64,000 nt of DNA, from assembly GCA_013239625.1 (NCBI GenBank), contig MU054187.1:18716711-18780710 (forward strand), given 5' to 3'. Below, piece after piece: positions 1 through 11,940 of the stretch. A program made the position numbers and the translations under genes. The DNA is from Lama guanicoe. Lineage: Eukaryota. Under the pieces are notes generated by a model that saw only the letters and a program-made list of their open reading frames with translations, did not search any database and was not told where the DNA came from. The first letter of the stretch is position 1; each line of letters starts with the position of its first letter.

Positions 1-287
1 TTTTTCAACAGTGACTTCTGAAGAGCAAAAGTTCTTATTCTGATGAAATCCATATGATCAACTTTTCCTTTTTGTTTTTCTTATTGAAAAAATTCTTGCC
101 TTATCCAATGTTGCAGACATTTTCTCCTATAATTTTTTCTAGAAGTTTTAGAATTTTTGCTTTACATTGAGGTCTATGACCCATTTTTGGTTAGTTGTTA
201 GTATATAGTATGAAATAGATGGAGGTTCATTTTTTCTCATATGGATATCCAGTTTTTCCAGCACCATTTACTGAAAACACTATCATT

Positions 288-426
288 TATGTTTAGCAGT
301 ATCCCTGGCTTCTAACTACTAGATGCCAGTAGCCCCTCCTCCCCAAGTCATGAAAATAAAAAAAATGTTGCCAGACGTTGCTGGAAGTCACGAGGGGGCA
401 ATGGTATCCTGGCTTGAGAACCACTG
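288..426 (-). mobile_element. MER20 (hAT-Charlie) partial
   Basis: Reverse complement matches the recalled MER20 5' half: CAGTGGTTCTCAA...CTACTGGCATCTAGT...GCCAGGGATACTGCTAAACAT. Confidence 0.85.
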
Positions 427-644
427 TTTTAAGAAAATCGTGTAACTATTTTCCTCCAACTTTGCTCTTTTCCTTTTTTTTTAATTCAAATTGATTTGGC
501 AATTCTGGGATTTTGCATTTTCATATCAATTTTAGAATTTGCTTGTCAGTTTCTATAAAATTGCCTTCTGAACTTTGCATATAATTGCAGAATCTATAGA
601 TCCTTTGGGGGATAACCTGCATCTTAAAAATATTGGCTCTTCTC

Positions 645-769
645 AGAGGGAGGGTATAGCCCAAGTGGTAGAGTGCATGCTTAGCAATGCTGCAAGGTCC
701 TGGGTTCAATCCCTAGTTATTCCTCTAAAAATAAATAAGTGAACCTAATTACCTCCCCCCTCAAAAACA
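645..769 (+). mobile_element. tRNA-Ala-derived SINE (Vic-1-like)
   Basis: gggagggtatagcccaagtggtagag...ctgggttcaatccc head, 'aacctaattacctccccc' tail, TSD attggct(c/t)ttct. Confidence 0.9.
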
Positions 770-2889
770 ATTGGCTTTTCTGATTCATAAACCTGATAAA
801 CCTCTTCATTTATTCAGGTCTCCTTTAATTTTTTTATAACAGTACCTTATAATATTCATTGTATGGATTTTACACATAATTGCAGGTGATTTAGATCTGG
901 ATTGAGCTGTGGTAGTTTATATCTTTCAGGGAATTTGACCATTCAATATAAATTGTCTAATTTGTTGGCATTAAGTTGCTCATAATATTCCATTATTATT
1001 TTAACACCTATAAGATTTTTGTTGATATTTCTTTTCTTCCTTGATATTGGTAATCTGTACCTTTTCTTCCTTTTTCTCCTGATCAGTCTGATAGAGGGTT
1101 ATGAATTTCACTCATCTTTGCAGAGAATCAACTTTTGGTTTTATGTTCTTCTTGAGTCTGTTTTCTATTTATTGATTTAAATTCATATCTCTATTTCCTT
1201 TCATCTGCTTTTTTTGGTTAATTTGCTCCTCCACCCGCCTCTCCCCCACCTAGTTCTTAGGGTAGAAGCTTAAATCATTAACTTTAGACTTTCTTCCTTT
1301 CCAACACATTTAATGCCATTAACTTACCTCTAATGATGGTACTTGCTTTCCCCACAAATTTTGATATATTGTATTTTCACTTTCTTTCAGTTTAAACAAT
1401 TTCTCAATTTCCCTTGTGTTCTCTTCTTGAGTTACTTAGAAAGATGTTGCTTTTTTTCCTAATATTTGGGGGATTTTCCAGATAATTTTTTAATTAAAAT
1501 TTCCTTGTGATCTGAAAAGTCTCATTATGATTTCTTTTAAATTTTTCAAGACTTATTTTATAACCATGAATATGTTCTATCTTGGTGAGTGTTTTATGTA
1601 AACATGAAAAGAATGTGCATTTTGCTATTGTTGGTGGAATGTTCTATAAATGCAAATTGTGCCAATTTGATAGAGCCTTTGAAGTCTGCCATATTCTTTC
1701 TGATTTTTTATCCACTTTCTACTTATTACTGAGAATTGAGTGCTGAAATTTCTACTTCTAATTGTGGGTTCTTCTATCTCTCCTTTCAGTTTTAACAGGT
1801 TTGCATCATGTTTTTCAAAGTTCTTTTATCAGGTATATACACATTTAAGATTTTTATGTCTTACGTAATTGAGCTTTTTATCATCATGAAACCTTCCTTT
1901 TATTCCTGGTAATATTCCTCATTCAAAAGCTTATTTTGTCTGAGGTTAAATATTTTTACTTTGTCTACTTTGCCCAATGTTCTTTATTCTTTTGTGTAGA
2001 TCTATATTCTATCTGGTATCATTTTCCTTTTTGTCTGCTGAACTTCTTTTTAACATTTTTTTGTAGAGTTAGTCTAATGTCAATGAATTATCTCAGATTA
2101 TTTTAAATATTAAAAGGTCTTTATCTCACCTTCATTTTTAAAGACACTTTCGAATGACAGGTTCACAGTTTCGTCTTTCAACGCTTAAAAAATGCTGTTC
2201 CATTATCTTGAAGCTTTCACAGTTTCTGTCAAGAAATCTTCTGTCATTCTTACCTTTGTTTTTTTGTATATAATCTTTCTCCACCCTTCTCTCAACTCTC
2301 ATTGCTTTTAGGATTTTCTCTTTATCCCTGGTTTTCAGCAATTTGATTAAGATGTGTATCAGTGCCATTTTCTTTATATTTCTTCTGCTTGGCATTTGTT
2401 GAGCTTTTTAAATCCATGGGTTTGTAGCTTCTTTAAATTTAGAAATTTTCAGCAATTACGTCTTCAAATAATACCCTGTTTCCCTTTTATCTTTCCGGAA
2501 CTCCACTACCTGTATGTTAGACAGCTTGATATTGTCCCGCAAATCGCTGAGGCTCTGGTGTTTTTGTTTTTGTTTTTCTGTTTCTTTTCCACTGTGTTTC
2601 ATTGTGGATGATTTCTATTGTTGTATCTTTAGTATCACCATTTTTTTTTCTTCTGCAGCGTTTAATCTGACAGTCCCTCTGATATATTATCCAAATCATG
2701 TATTTTATTTTTCATGTCTACAAATTCCACTTTTTAAACACTTTTATTGTGGTATGATTCCTTTATGGTAAGCTACATATAAATCAGATGTGCAATTTGA
2801 TGAATTTTGATACATGTATATACCAATGAAACCACCACCTCAATCAAGATTGCTAACATCTCCATTGCTCTCCAAGAGGTGTAAATTTT

Positions 2890-3150
2890 GAACTCCCAGT
2901 TTATCCCTTCCCACCCCCTTTGCCTTCTGATAACCATAAGTTTGTTCTCTATGCCTGTGAGTCTGTTTCTGTTTTATGGATAAATTCATTTGTGTCCTTT
3001 TTTTAGATTCCACACATAAGTGATGTCATATGGTATTTTTCTTTCTCTTTCTGGCTTACTTCACTTAGAACGACAATCTCTAGATCCATCCATGTTGCTA
3101 CAAATTGCACTATTTTATTCTTTTTTATGGCTAAGTAGTATTCCATTTAC
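2890..3150 (-). mobile_element. L1 3' UTR fragment (artiodactyl type)
   Basis: 'ataaccataagtttgttctctatg...ttagattccacacataagtgat...cttacttcacttag...atccatccatgttgc'. Confidence 0.85.
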
Positions 3151-3459
3151 AAATTACATTTTAAGAATATCTTTCATTTCTTTCATCATTTTGTTAATGC
3201 TTTTCTTTGTATTCTTGGACATATAACAATAACTTTTTTAAGGTCTTTACCTGATAATTCTACCTTCTCTGTTATCTGAGTCTCTTTCCATTGATTTACC
3301 TACTGTTTATGTGTCAAATCTCCTGCTTCTTTTCATGAATGATAATTTTTCATTGGTTTCTGGACATTCTGAATTTGTATTGTATGCTAGATCTTGTTTT
3401 CATCCTTTGAGGAGTTCTGAACTTTGATTATCACGCAGTTAAGTTGCTTGTGGATCAGC

Positions 3460-3640
3460 CGGCATGAGAAGGACCTCTGGGATATTGGGTATTGTCCTTT
3501 TCTTTTTAAAATATGAGTGCTGGTTCCAGGGGTGTGTTTATTTTGTAAAACCTAGCAAATTCATTTATGATTTGTGCATTTTTCTGTATCTGTGATATAC
3601 TAACACATTTCATTTTAATAAGTTCACTTTTTAAAAAATA
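3460..3640 (+). mobile_element. Old L1 3' end (L1MC/ME-like)
   Basis: 'ggcatgagaaggacctctggg...atgatttgtgcatttttctgtat' followed by an A-rich end. Confidence 0.65.
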
Positions 3641-3838
3641 TAATGGGAAGAGAGCATCTGCCCATCTCTTTCCCTCCACTTGATCTTCCCCAGATGACAA
3701 CGGGGACATTTCTTTGTGATTTGTGCAGAAGGATTCACCTAGTGTGGCTCAGGTTTTGATTTTTCCAGATGGCTGTAGAATGGTTCTGTTTCGGTCCACT
3801 CTTCTCCTGCTTTCATCTGGTAAACATTCACACTTCAA

Positions 3839-3997
3839 GGGGGGAGGGGATAGCTCAAGTGGTAGAGCGCATGCTTAGCATGCATGAGGTCCTGGGTTCA
3901 ATCCCCAGTACTTCTTCTAAAAAATCAATAAGCCTAATTACCTCTCCCCACCTCCAAAAAAAAAAAACCCACCACCACCACCAACAACAACAACAAA
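3839..3997 (+). mobile_element. tRNA-Ala-derived SINE (Vic-1-like)
   Basis: tagctcaagtggtagagcgcatgcttagcatgcatgaggtcctgggttcaatcccc; A/CCA/CAA tail; degenerate TSD. Confidence 0.92.
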
Positions 3998-4523
3998 ACC
4001 ATACACACATCAGGCTTCGTTTGCCTTCTAGAAGGTCCATTCCTCTCTTTCCATTACTGGAGCTCCACGCACATCAACGCACTCAAAGGAGTGATTCTGA
4101 GTAAATGAGTTTTCGGAATCTCCCCCAGTTAAGTCACCCTGTGATCTAGACTTGGGGCAGATTGACTTGTAATCAAAGAGTCAAACTATTAGCCTTATTC
4201 AGTTTTACCCATCATAGGACGGATAATTTTATCTCTATCTGCCAGACTTTGATGGCTTGCTCTTTACTGGTTTGAGATTTATGGGATGAAGAGAAAACTA
4301 TTATTTAGAACACCCTGAAAACCTCAACTAGACCTAAAATGCAAATCAGACATTTCAGTAAAAAAGTGAGAACTGATGTCTTTGACTCCTCCACATGGCT
4401 AAAATTTTAATTTCATTTTAAAACATGAAAATAATGATGTGTTTATTTCTGAACTACTGGAGTTGAAATTTTACACATGGATGAGTTCCACTGACTATAC
4501 ACACTTAATTGCTCATTAAGATG

Positions 4524-4537
4524 GTTACCTTGGCAAC
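4524..4537. promoter_or_regulatory. RFX X-box motif GTTACCTTGGCAAC
   Basis: Fits the GTYNCY-N2-RGNAAC X-box consensus, in non-repeat DNA; binding not shown. Confidence 0.5.
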
Positions 4538-4722
4538 TGCTACATCAAATAATAGTTTTTACAACTTTGATGTACAGAGAAGCTTCTTAAAGTAATTCAA
4601 TAGCATTAAGTAAAAACTGATACATTTACAAGCTACTAAAATTTTTATATATCAAATAAAAACTGCCTATCAAGTATGAAACTCTCAAAACTGTATACAT
4701 GAAATGCGCAACATATTATCAC

Positions 4723-4793
4723 CCTTTATTACAGCTGAGTGGGCTTTTCTTATAAATTGTGGTACAATATCCAGATTTTTGATCCAGTCTTTT
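4723..4793 (-). other. Candidate internal exon of an unidentified minus-strand transcript
   Basis: Acceptor ttttttctgttattcag|; weak donor GG|gtgata; two of three frames open (KRLDQKSGYCTTIYKKSPLSCNK and KDWIKNLDIVPQFIRKAHSAVIK). Confidence 0.3.
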
Positions 4794-5329
4794 CTGAATA
4801 ACAGAAAAAAGGATACTGGTGACATAAATGCCCAATTTAAACTTCTATAACCATGCTCTCAATACGACTCCATTTCAATAAACATTTATTTTGCCAGTTG
4901 AACTGCTAGAATTTTGAGATATGAAACTGAATAAAACATCGTCCAGCGCCTTGAGAAGAAGGGTTATCAAGGAAGGCTTCCAGAGAATGTACTATCTAAA
5001 AAAGACTTGAAGGAAGTGAGAGAGCTAGGCATGCAGATACATGGGGCAAGTGCAAAGGCTCTGGGGTAGGAATGTGCAGGCACTCCCGTGTGTTAAAGGC
5101 ACGTGAGGCAAACATAAAAACACAATGCAGTGAACAGCACTTGAAGTTAAAAAGTACCTTCCAAGAAAGGAAACCTTAGATTTTACTTTGTATAAGTAGC
5201 CCATTAAAAACTACTTTTACTTTAAGGATCTCAACTAGATTTGTAAACAGTGACTACTTAACCAATATGATAATAAGTAGATACGTTTATTACATCCAGA
5301 AGATAAGAATGAATGATAACATGAGTAAG

Positions 5330-5800
5330 AACATGAGCATGGAAGCTGTTTTGCTTGAGTTAAAAATCCCAACTTTATGCTGGGCTAATTACTTAACTTT
5401 TTTTTCCCTTAGTTTCCCACTTTAAAATGGAGACAATAATATACCTCTGTACACAGGATGGTTATGTAGATTAAGTAAGATAATATACAATACTCGAGAA
5501 ATTAACACATCATAAACAGACTATACTTCAATTTAAAAAAAAAATCAGGTGCAAAAAACAAAACCCAAAAAAGGCTAACATACAGTGGAGGAGTGCCTCT
5601 GAAACTTTAACATGCACACAAACCTCTTTAAAATGCAGGTTCCGCATCAGTAGGGCTGGGGTGCCCCTGAGATTCTGTATGTCTATCAACGCTCCCGGTG
5701 ATGCCACTGGTCCACAGACCAGGCTCTTTCATCAAGGTTGTAAAGCATTTAGGACAGCACCTGGCACACAGTGTGCACTGAATAAATTTAGCTATTATTA
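5330..5800 (+). mobile_element. MIR split by a short L1 3' tail (about 5495-5570) and MER5A (about 5583-5730)
   Basis: MIR core 'ttacttaac...agtttccc...aaaatggagacaataat' resumes at 'gtaaagcatttaggacagcacctggcacacag'; MER5A-like 'tcagtagggctggggtg...gagattctg...tcccggtgatgc'. Confidence 0.75.
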
Positions 5801-6400
5801 TGCTTTCACACAGTTGAGTTGGCAGGGAAACTAGATTAAAAAGCCAACAATTTTCTCTCTTTCTCTATCAGCTGTTTCCTGACAATATTGCATCTTTGAA
5901 TAGAATTCTGTTGCGTTCCGAGTTCACGTGATGAATGTGCATATGGATAATATGCTTTTCATTTTTAAAATCCATCAATAGCAGCACTCGGCACTCTCTT
6001 CGGATTTATGGTTTTAGGCTGTATTAAAATACTCAATACTTGGCGCATAGTAGGCATTCAAGAAATACTTATTGGATGAAAGAAATGTGCAGGGTCTAAG
6101 TAAATCATTCCTCTAGGAATTAATAGTGCTGTTGGAGACTGTTTTCATTTTGATACAATGGCATGTGTGCCAAATCGTTATTTTAAGTATGTGGCAGTTG
6201 CGTTCCAAAAACCAAAGTATGTTTTTCCAGTCCGATGGCGTTAGATTCTAATACAACGCAGACTCTCACCCAACTACTACCTTCTTCTTGTGCCCTGCAG
6301 CCCAAACTTTACATGCTAACAGCGCCCTCTACTGTTCAGAAACAAGTCTGTGCTCCCAAATCCAATCCCTAGAAGTACAAATCAGAATTCAGACACTTAC

Positions 6401-6550
6401 CCCAAGAAGACAGTTTGCATCTGCCTGTAAAGGAGAGAAGGCAGCCATCCAGGAGGTGTTCACGCTGGGAGGAGTGGGTATCTAGGTCGGCTGCCGGATG
6501 GCTCCCAGGTAAAGCCGACCAGGATGCCCTGAGAGGAGAGAAAAGCCGGT
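6401..6550 (-). other. Candidate 5' exon of an unidentified minus-strand transcript
   Basis: Consensus donor GGG|gtaagt at 6401/6400; locally CpG-retaining; RFX half-site GTTGCC at 6559-6564; ATGs give MAAFSPLQADANCLLG or MQTVFLG. Confidence 0.35.
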
Positions 6551-6844
6551 TATAGTTTGTTGCCACACCCCCTTTTCTTTCCTCGCCAGCACTGACTTAA
6601 CGCTATTAACCTCCTTTTTCCCACAATAACCTGATCATCACCCTTCATCCTCCTCTTCCTTAAGGTTAGTTGCATGGTCAGCGCTTCCCACCTGCCCTTT
6701 ATTCCTCCTGCCAAACCTTGATTCTCCTTCGGAGAAATCTGGGAAAACATGTCCTCAGGTTAAAGCCCAACGCGAGCGAAGCCCCAGCTGCTTCCCGGCC
6801 ACTGGGATTAGACCCTCTCCCTTGCAGCATCACCGCAACTTTCT

Positions 6845-7350
6845 TCAATATACTAAAAAGTATCTTCACAGAGCTGTGCAACCATCCCCACAGTCTAATT
6901 TTAGAACATTTTCATCATCTCAAAAAGAAATCCTGTACCCATTAGCAGTTATTCTCTTTCCCTAACCCCACCTCCAGCAACCATTAATCTATTTGCTGTC
7001 TATAAAATTGACTATTTTAGACATTTCACAGAAATGGAATCATACATATGATCTCGTATGAATGACCTGTCTCGCTAACATGTCTTCAGGTTGTAACACA
7101 TATCAGAACTCAATTTCTTTTCATTGCTGAGTTATCTCCCACTGCATGGATATACCATATTTTACTTGTCCGTTCACTAGTTTGCGGACTTTTGGGTTAT
7201 TTCCACTTTTTGGCTATCCTCATGCTGCTACGCATATACAAGTTTTGTGTGGACGTATATTTTCATTTCCCCGGGCAGATACCTGGGACTGGAATTGCTG
7301 GGTCATATGCTAATTCTATGCTTAACATCTTGAGGGACTTCCAGACTGTT
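6845..7350 (-). mobile_element. L1MB-type 3' end
   Basis: 'gtgcaaccatccccacagtctaattttagaacattttcatc...cctgtacccattagcag...ggaattgctgggtcatatg'. Confidence 0.85.
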
Positions 7351-8952
7351 CACATCCCTTTACCTTTAAGTGGAACTTCATAACTGGCCCCACCTAAGAA
7401 TAAAGACAGACTAATAAGGAGGGAAATACTGTCATTCTGATGACTGCTAACCAGAATGTAGTAGAATTATGATCAAGAGGTTTTTAACATGTGGATGAGT
7501 CAGCCTTGATTCTTCTAGACCACAAGCCCAGGTCTTGACCCAGGGAGTTACTCCTTTATACTTTTCCCCTCTCAAGACTCTGATCTTTTCTTTCTTGACA
7601 GTTCTAAACATGACCACCAGCAGAAATTTTCTCACCTTCCTTTGAAGCACATTTTTCTGACCCCTTACTTAGAGTCACTCTCACACAGAATGATATGATT
7701 TCTAAGCTTTCTTAGAAGCAGGCAGAGAGGTCAACCCTCCCAGATGATTTGTGAAGTTTAGTTTTTTAAGGTCATGATATCCAGTTACTCAGATTATCAA
7801 GTATCTCTTGAGCATTTACTCCCCATGTGGCAAAGTGGGGACAACAGAAGAGAAATGATGGCATTCTTGTCCTGGAGGAGTTTATAATCCAGTTGGAGAG
7901 GAAAATAAAATTGCAACTCAAAATGTCACCCAAGTGCCCAAATATCTTTAGCAACTCATGTCTGCTGAGCAGTGAGAGTCAAACATTTTCAAGTTGCGGC
8001 AAATACAGGCTCTGATGATATCCATGGCCAGTGAGGTCAGCAAAGGAGCCTGCTAAGTGGAAGCCACTGGCCTGGGACATCCAGCCCACCACCCCCAGCC
8101 TCCTTGAAGTGGGTCACAAGCTCCACTCACTTCTAACCCACAGGTGCACACCAGTGCACCCATGGCCCACAAAATACGTTTCAAACTTTCTTGGTTTGGT
8201 ATTTTCAATGTCCTTGGCAAACTGGCCTTAATCCACCTTGCCAACCACTTCTAAGAGCCCTGAATCTAACAATGTGGTTAGCTTACTGTCTTCAGAGCAC
8301 CCTGGGAACCTCCCCAGAACGTGTTTTTCCCCAAAATGAGCCCTTGGTAGATATTTCTTGATTGGCTGTCTGGCTCTCAGCCCCGCATAATTCATGCCAA
8401 CCACTCCAGCCTTCCGTATCCCTTCCATGTCCTTTGAAAGATCTTCCCGACACCTCCAGCCCACAGGGTTTGCTTCTTTCTGGGCTGCCCAGGTCTCTTA
8501 GAATTTGATCGACATGTTTCACTTGTAAACTTGTGACAATACATTGCCTCATAGTTACTATTAAACTGTCAGACACGTAGTTGTGGTTGACCCAGCGGGA
8601 GCCTAGGCCAGCTCCTTCAGGACAGACATGCTGCTTCCCACTGGGTATAGGGAGCACCCTCAGGCACCCTGGTCTGGAAAAGCATGGATGAAGGCAAGCC
8701 GGCCCAGAAGGGGGCTCACTGCGATGCTACCACACTGTCATACAGTCTGCTCTCTACTACCTATTGCTTTAGTCCTTAGTTCTGTGCCGCTCAGAATCTT
8801 TAAGCTAAAAACAAAAGCATGGTACTGAAGGAACAAGATGAACTGAAACCACTCTGGACTGAACCGGAGCATAAGGTTCACAATAGAAATCCGCTGCAGG
8901 GACAGATGACAAAATAACAGGCCCCTCTCCCAGTTCTGCAGTAGCCAGATAC

Positions 8953-9093
8953 AGAGAGGGGAGAGGGGAGGTGGAGGAGGAGGGGGTAGAAAAGGAGGGA
9001 AGGGGGAGGGGAGAGGAAGGGGAAAGGGGGAGGGGAAGAGGAAGGGAGGGGGAGGGGAAGAGGAAGGGAGGGGGAGGGGCGGAGGAGGGGGAA
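8953..9093 (+). repeat. G/A polypurine low-complexity tract
   Basis: About 140 bp almost entirely G and A, with repeated ggaagggagggggagggg units. Confidence 0.95.
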
Positions 9094-9479
9094 GCGACGT
9101 ACAGTCCGCTGGATCCTAAGAAGCAGCCCTGAGTTCACGTGCCTCAATCCTCTCCCTCGGAGCTCGGTTACTATGCGGGACACAAAAATACCCATGCAAA
9201 TATAATTAGAAAATAGAAATCGTATTTACCAGAACTGCCTTCGGAGAGAATTCTGGGCGTGTTGGAAGGAATTCTTTGATAAGCTGCTTGGGGTGGGGCG
9301 GGGGTGGGAGTGAGACCCTCTTGGAACAAGTTTAAGAAACGACAAAGGACCACCAGGCTGCTCTGTTTTCCTGGGAGGATTATGAAAGTTTGCCTTCAAA
9401 GGAGAGTCTGGTCCCTGCCCCTAGGAAGGCGCCTTCTCGGTTCCTCCTATCACCCAGCGCCAGCGTCAGGGGCCTAATG

Positions 9480-9840
9480 ATGAATCTGCCCTGTGGCCAG
9501 GTCTCCATTCAGCCGAACAGGCTCGGTCCTCTCGGTACCTGGCCTCCAGCTTCCAGTCCTCGGCCACCGCGGGGCTGGACGCCCTTGAGGCACTTCTGGG
9601 TTCCAGGCACCAAGGGGTGCATGTCGGGAAAGGCGGCGGCCCCGCAGCGCCCCCCTGAGGCCCTCGGCGGAAGGCGGGGCCGCACAGCCGCCGAAGCCGC
9701 CCGCGATCCGGGCCGCTCGCCCGCGGTGGCCCTGGGGTCTCCGCCCGCGCGTCCCACCTCCCGCCGCCCGCCCGCCCGGCCCTTCTGCTCCATCGCGCTC
9801 CGGGCTGCGCTCTGCCCCGGCCGCGGCGTGGGGTCAGGCA
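9480..9840. promoter_or_regulatory. CpG island / probable promoter
   Basis: Very GC- and CpG-dense core at 9620-9830; nearby GC box GGGGCGGGG (9295-9303), E-box CACGTG (9136-9141), X-box half-site GTTACTATG (9167-9175). Confidence 0.8.
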
Positions 9841-11300
9841 ATCTGGAGCTTCTCCAGCTTTGCTCTTTGCGGAGACCTGTAGTGCTGAGCTGTGGTCTCA
9901 GATGCCTTCTGGGTCTCCTCCCTTCTTTCTCCATCAAGAATTTTAGCTGGGAGTGAGTCTTAATGACCTTACTACGTCCAGTCAAAGACGCTGCAGACAG
10001 GGATAGGGAGAAAATAAAGCAAAACGCAGAGGGGCAGGAAAAGAACCATCTGCCATTAAAAATCAACATTAAACAGCAACTCTTCATGAGATGGTAACGA
10101 TTCCTTCGAAGGCTCGTGCTTGTTGTAAAGCAAGGCTAGGGGCAGTAATGGGAGTTGGACAGATGGGGGGAATCAAAGAGGGAAATCGCGTGAGGATTAA
10201 ATACCAATTCTTTGCATATAGGATTGTTGTATGTCTGTCCATCCTGTCCAGAAACCATAAAACACCTGACTGGGCTTAGATTGAAAATCATACTGTAAGT
10301 TTGCATATGGATGTACAAAAATTACTATTCTTTCATGATTATATTTTCCCCAAGAACTTTTCCCTTTTTCAATTACAGATTTTTTTTTCATTTTCTACTT
10401 TTCTGTGCCTACTGCGACTTCTGTTTCCTTGTTAAAGAATACTCTTTCGCCTAGAACCTAGAGATTCTTCAAATTATATTTTGACCTCTTTCCGTTTTTC
10501 CTTCACTTAGTTGTGTTCTTCATCTTTGGATTTGTTCCGTCTCATCTGTATTTGCAAATCAGTACCCCAAACTCTTCATCAGCTTTGCTTATCTCTGAAT
10601 TTCCACCAAAATGTTGGTCATTATGGGATACGCTCATTGAAGAGAAAATGTGTGTGATCTAAATTGTTTTCACTACATTTTTTACCTTTAAAGCTTGGAA
10701 ACCCAAGATGCCAGCTTTTCATTCCATTTAAAAACCAATTGATTCTCTCCCTGACTCTCTTGGGTAACACTGATCTGACTTCACTCCAGTCCATGTCACC
10801 TCATAATTTATGATAATCAGGGGAAAAATAAAAAAAAAAAAAAGACCTGCATAAGTGTCCCAATTCCTAATGCGGGGCTGGGGACAACTATTTGCCTGAG
10901 CTGAAATTAACATCACTTCAGTAGAAAACCAGAGTGAAATGCAAAAGGGATTTTAAAAATATGCCTTTGCTGTAGAAATTCAGACAGTAATGTATCGACA
11001 GATGGAGAGCCACGGGCATCAGTGAGAGGAGAATTGTTCAAAACCACTGCTGTGCAAGGGGCTGGCATGCAAACTGCAGCCTTCCACACTGGGGATTTAA
11101 ACAGTGAACAATTTTTACAGACTATTGTATTTTGGTTTCTCTAATTAACAGTGAATTAAATGTCTGTTTCATTGCACATCTAATTTTTCAATTTCCTCAG
11201 AATATCCTAAAATCCATGTAGCTGCTTATACCGAATAAACTTAAATATCAACTCAGATTATACGTATATATTCCTGTGCTTTCTATGTTCTTCTATTTAG

Positions 11301-11360
11301 GGTGGAAAGATGATTTTGAAAAGGAACGTGCAAACAAAGTGTATAACTGAAAATGCACAG
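11301..11360 (+). other. Candidate 60-nt exon
   Basis: Acceptor tgtgctttctatgttcttctatttag| and donor CAG|gtaatg; frame 0 open (GGKMILKRNVQTKCITENAQ). Confidence 0.35.
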
Positions 11361-11484
11361 GTAATGAATTCATGGATATACGGAGGCAACAGAAGAGGCA
11401 CCAATTATAATATAAATCTCCTGTCCCACAATCACATTCCTAGTAATGACAGGGCATATTATATATAAATTAAAAATGAAAAAT

Positions 11485-11625
11485 GGGGGGAGGGTATAGC
11501 TCAGTGGTAGAGCGTGTCCTTAACATGCACGAGGTCTTAGGTTCAATTCCCAGTACCTCCATTTAAAAAAAATAAAAATTTAAACAAATTTAAAAAATAT
11601 AATTACCCCCCCAAAAAAGTTAGGA
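11485..11625 (+). mobile_element. tRNA-Ala-derived SINE (Vic-1-like)
   Basis: ggggagggtatagctcagtggtagag...ggttcaattcccagtacctcca plus A-rich tail. Confidence 0.9.
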
Positions 11626-11774
11626 ATAAAAAGTAAAACGAATAATAATAAAGAAGAAGGCAGTAGGATATCAACTATACTTCAATAAAAAGTTGTTTGT
11701 TTTGAAAAAAAGAATAAAATAAAGTAAAATGATTCCTTGTTCTCCAAATACACACATACTTGCCTACATACATA

Positions 11775-11940
11775 AGAGGGCAGGAGGAAACCTTTGGAGG
11801 TGATGGAAAAGTTTACGACATAGATTATAGTGATGGTCTCACAGGTGTATACTTATTTCCAAGCGCATCAAGTTGCATACATTAATTATATACAGCTTTT
11901 TGTATGTCAAGAAATTAAATAAAAGTAAAATTTTTAAAAA
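11775..11940 (+). mobile_element. Old L1 3' end (L1MC/MD-like)
   Basis: 'caggaggaaacctttggaggtgatgga...gtgatggtctcacaggtgtatactta...catcaagttg'. Confidence 0.8.

Larger units (their letters stand above)
1..2730 (-). mobile_element. Old fragmented LINE-1 (L1M-type) ORF2/ORF1 remnants, interrupted by MER20 and a SINE
   Basis: T-rich antisense L1 motifs, e.g. 'catatggatatccagtttttccagcaccattt', 'gaaaagaatgtgcattttgctattgttgg', 'gtttctgtcaagaaatc'; no intact ORF. Confidence 0.85.

Noticed and set aside
3839..3920. tRNA-Ala(AGC) genes (this copy and similar ones)
   Set aside because: They have TSDs, A-rich tails, a shared non-tRNA 3' module and stem mismatches, so they are SINEs rather than tRNA genes
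4205..4333. Further minus-strand coding exon after acceptor ctgatttgcattttag
   Set aside because: All three frames stop within about 30 nt, so at most a UTR or terminal exon
9645..9662. CTCF motif in the CpG island
   Set aside because: Spacing does not fit the CCCCCTNNTGG core
9390..10087. Longest ORFs (188 aa on +, 192 aa on -)
   Set aside because: Overlapping Pro/Arg/Ala/Gly-rich frames across a CpG island where stop codons are rare; no recognisable domain
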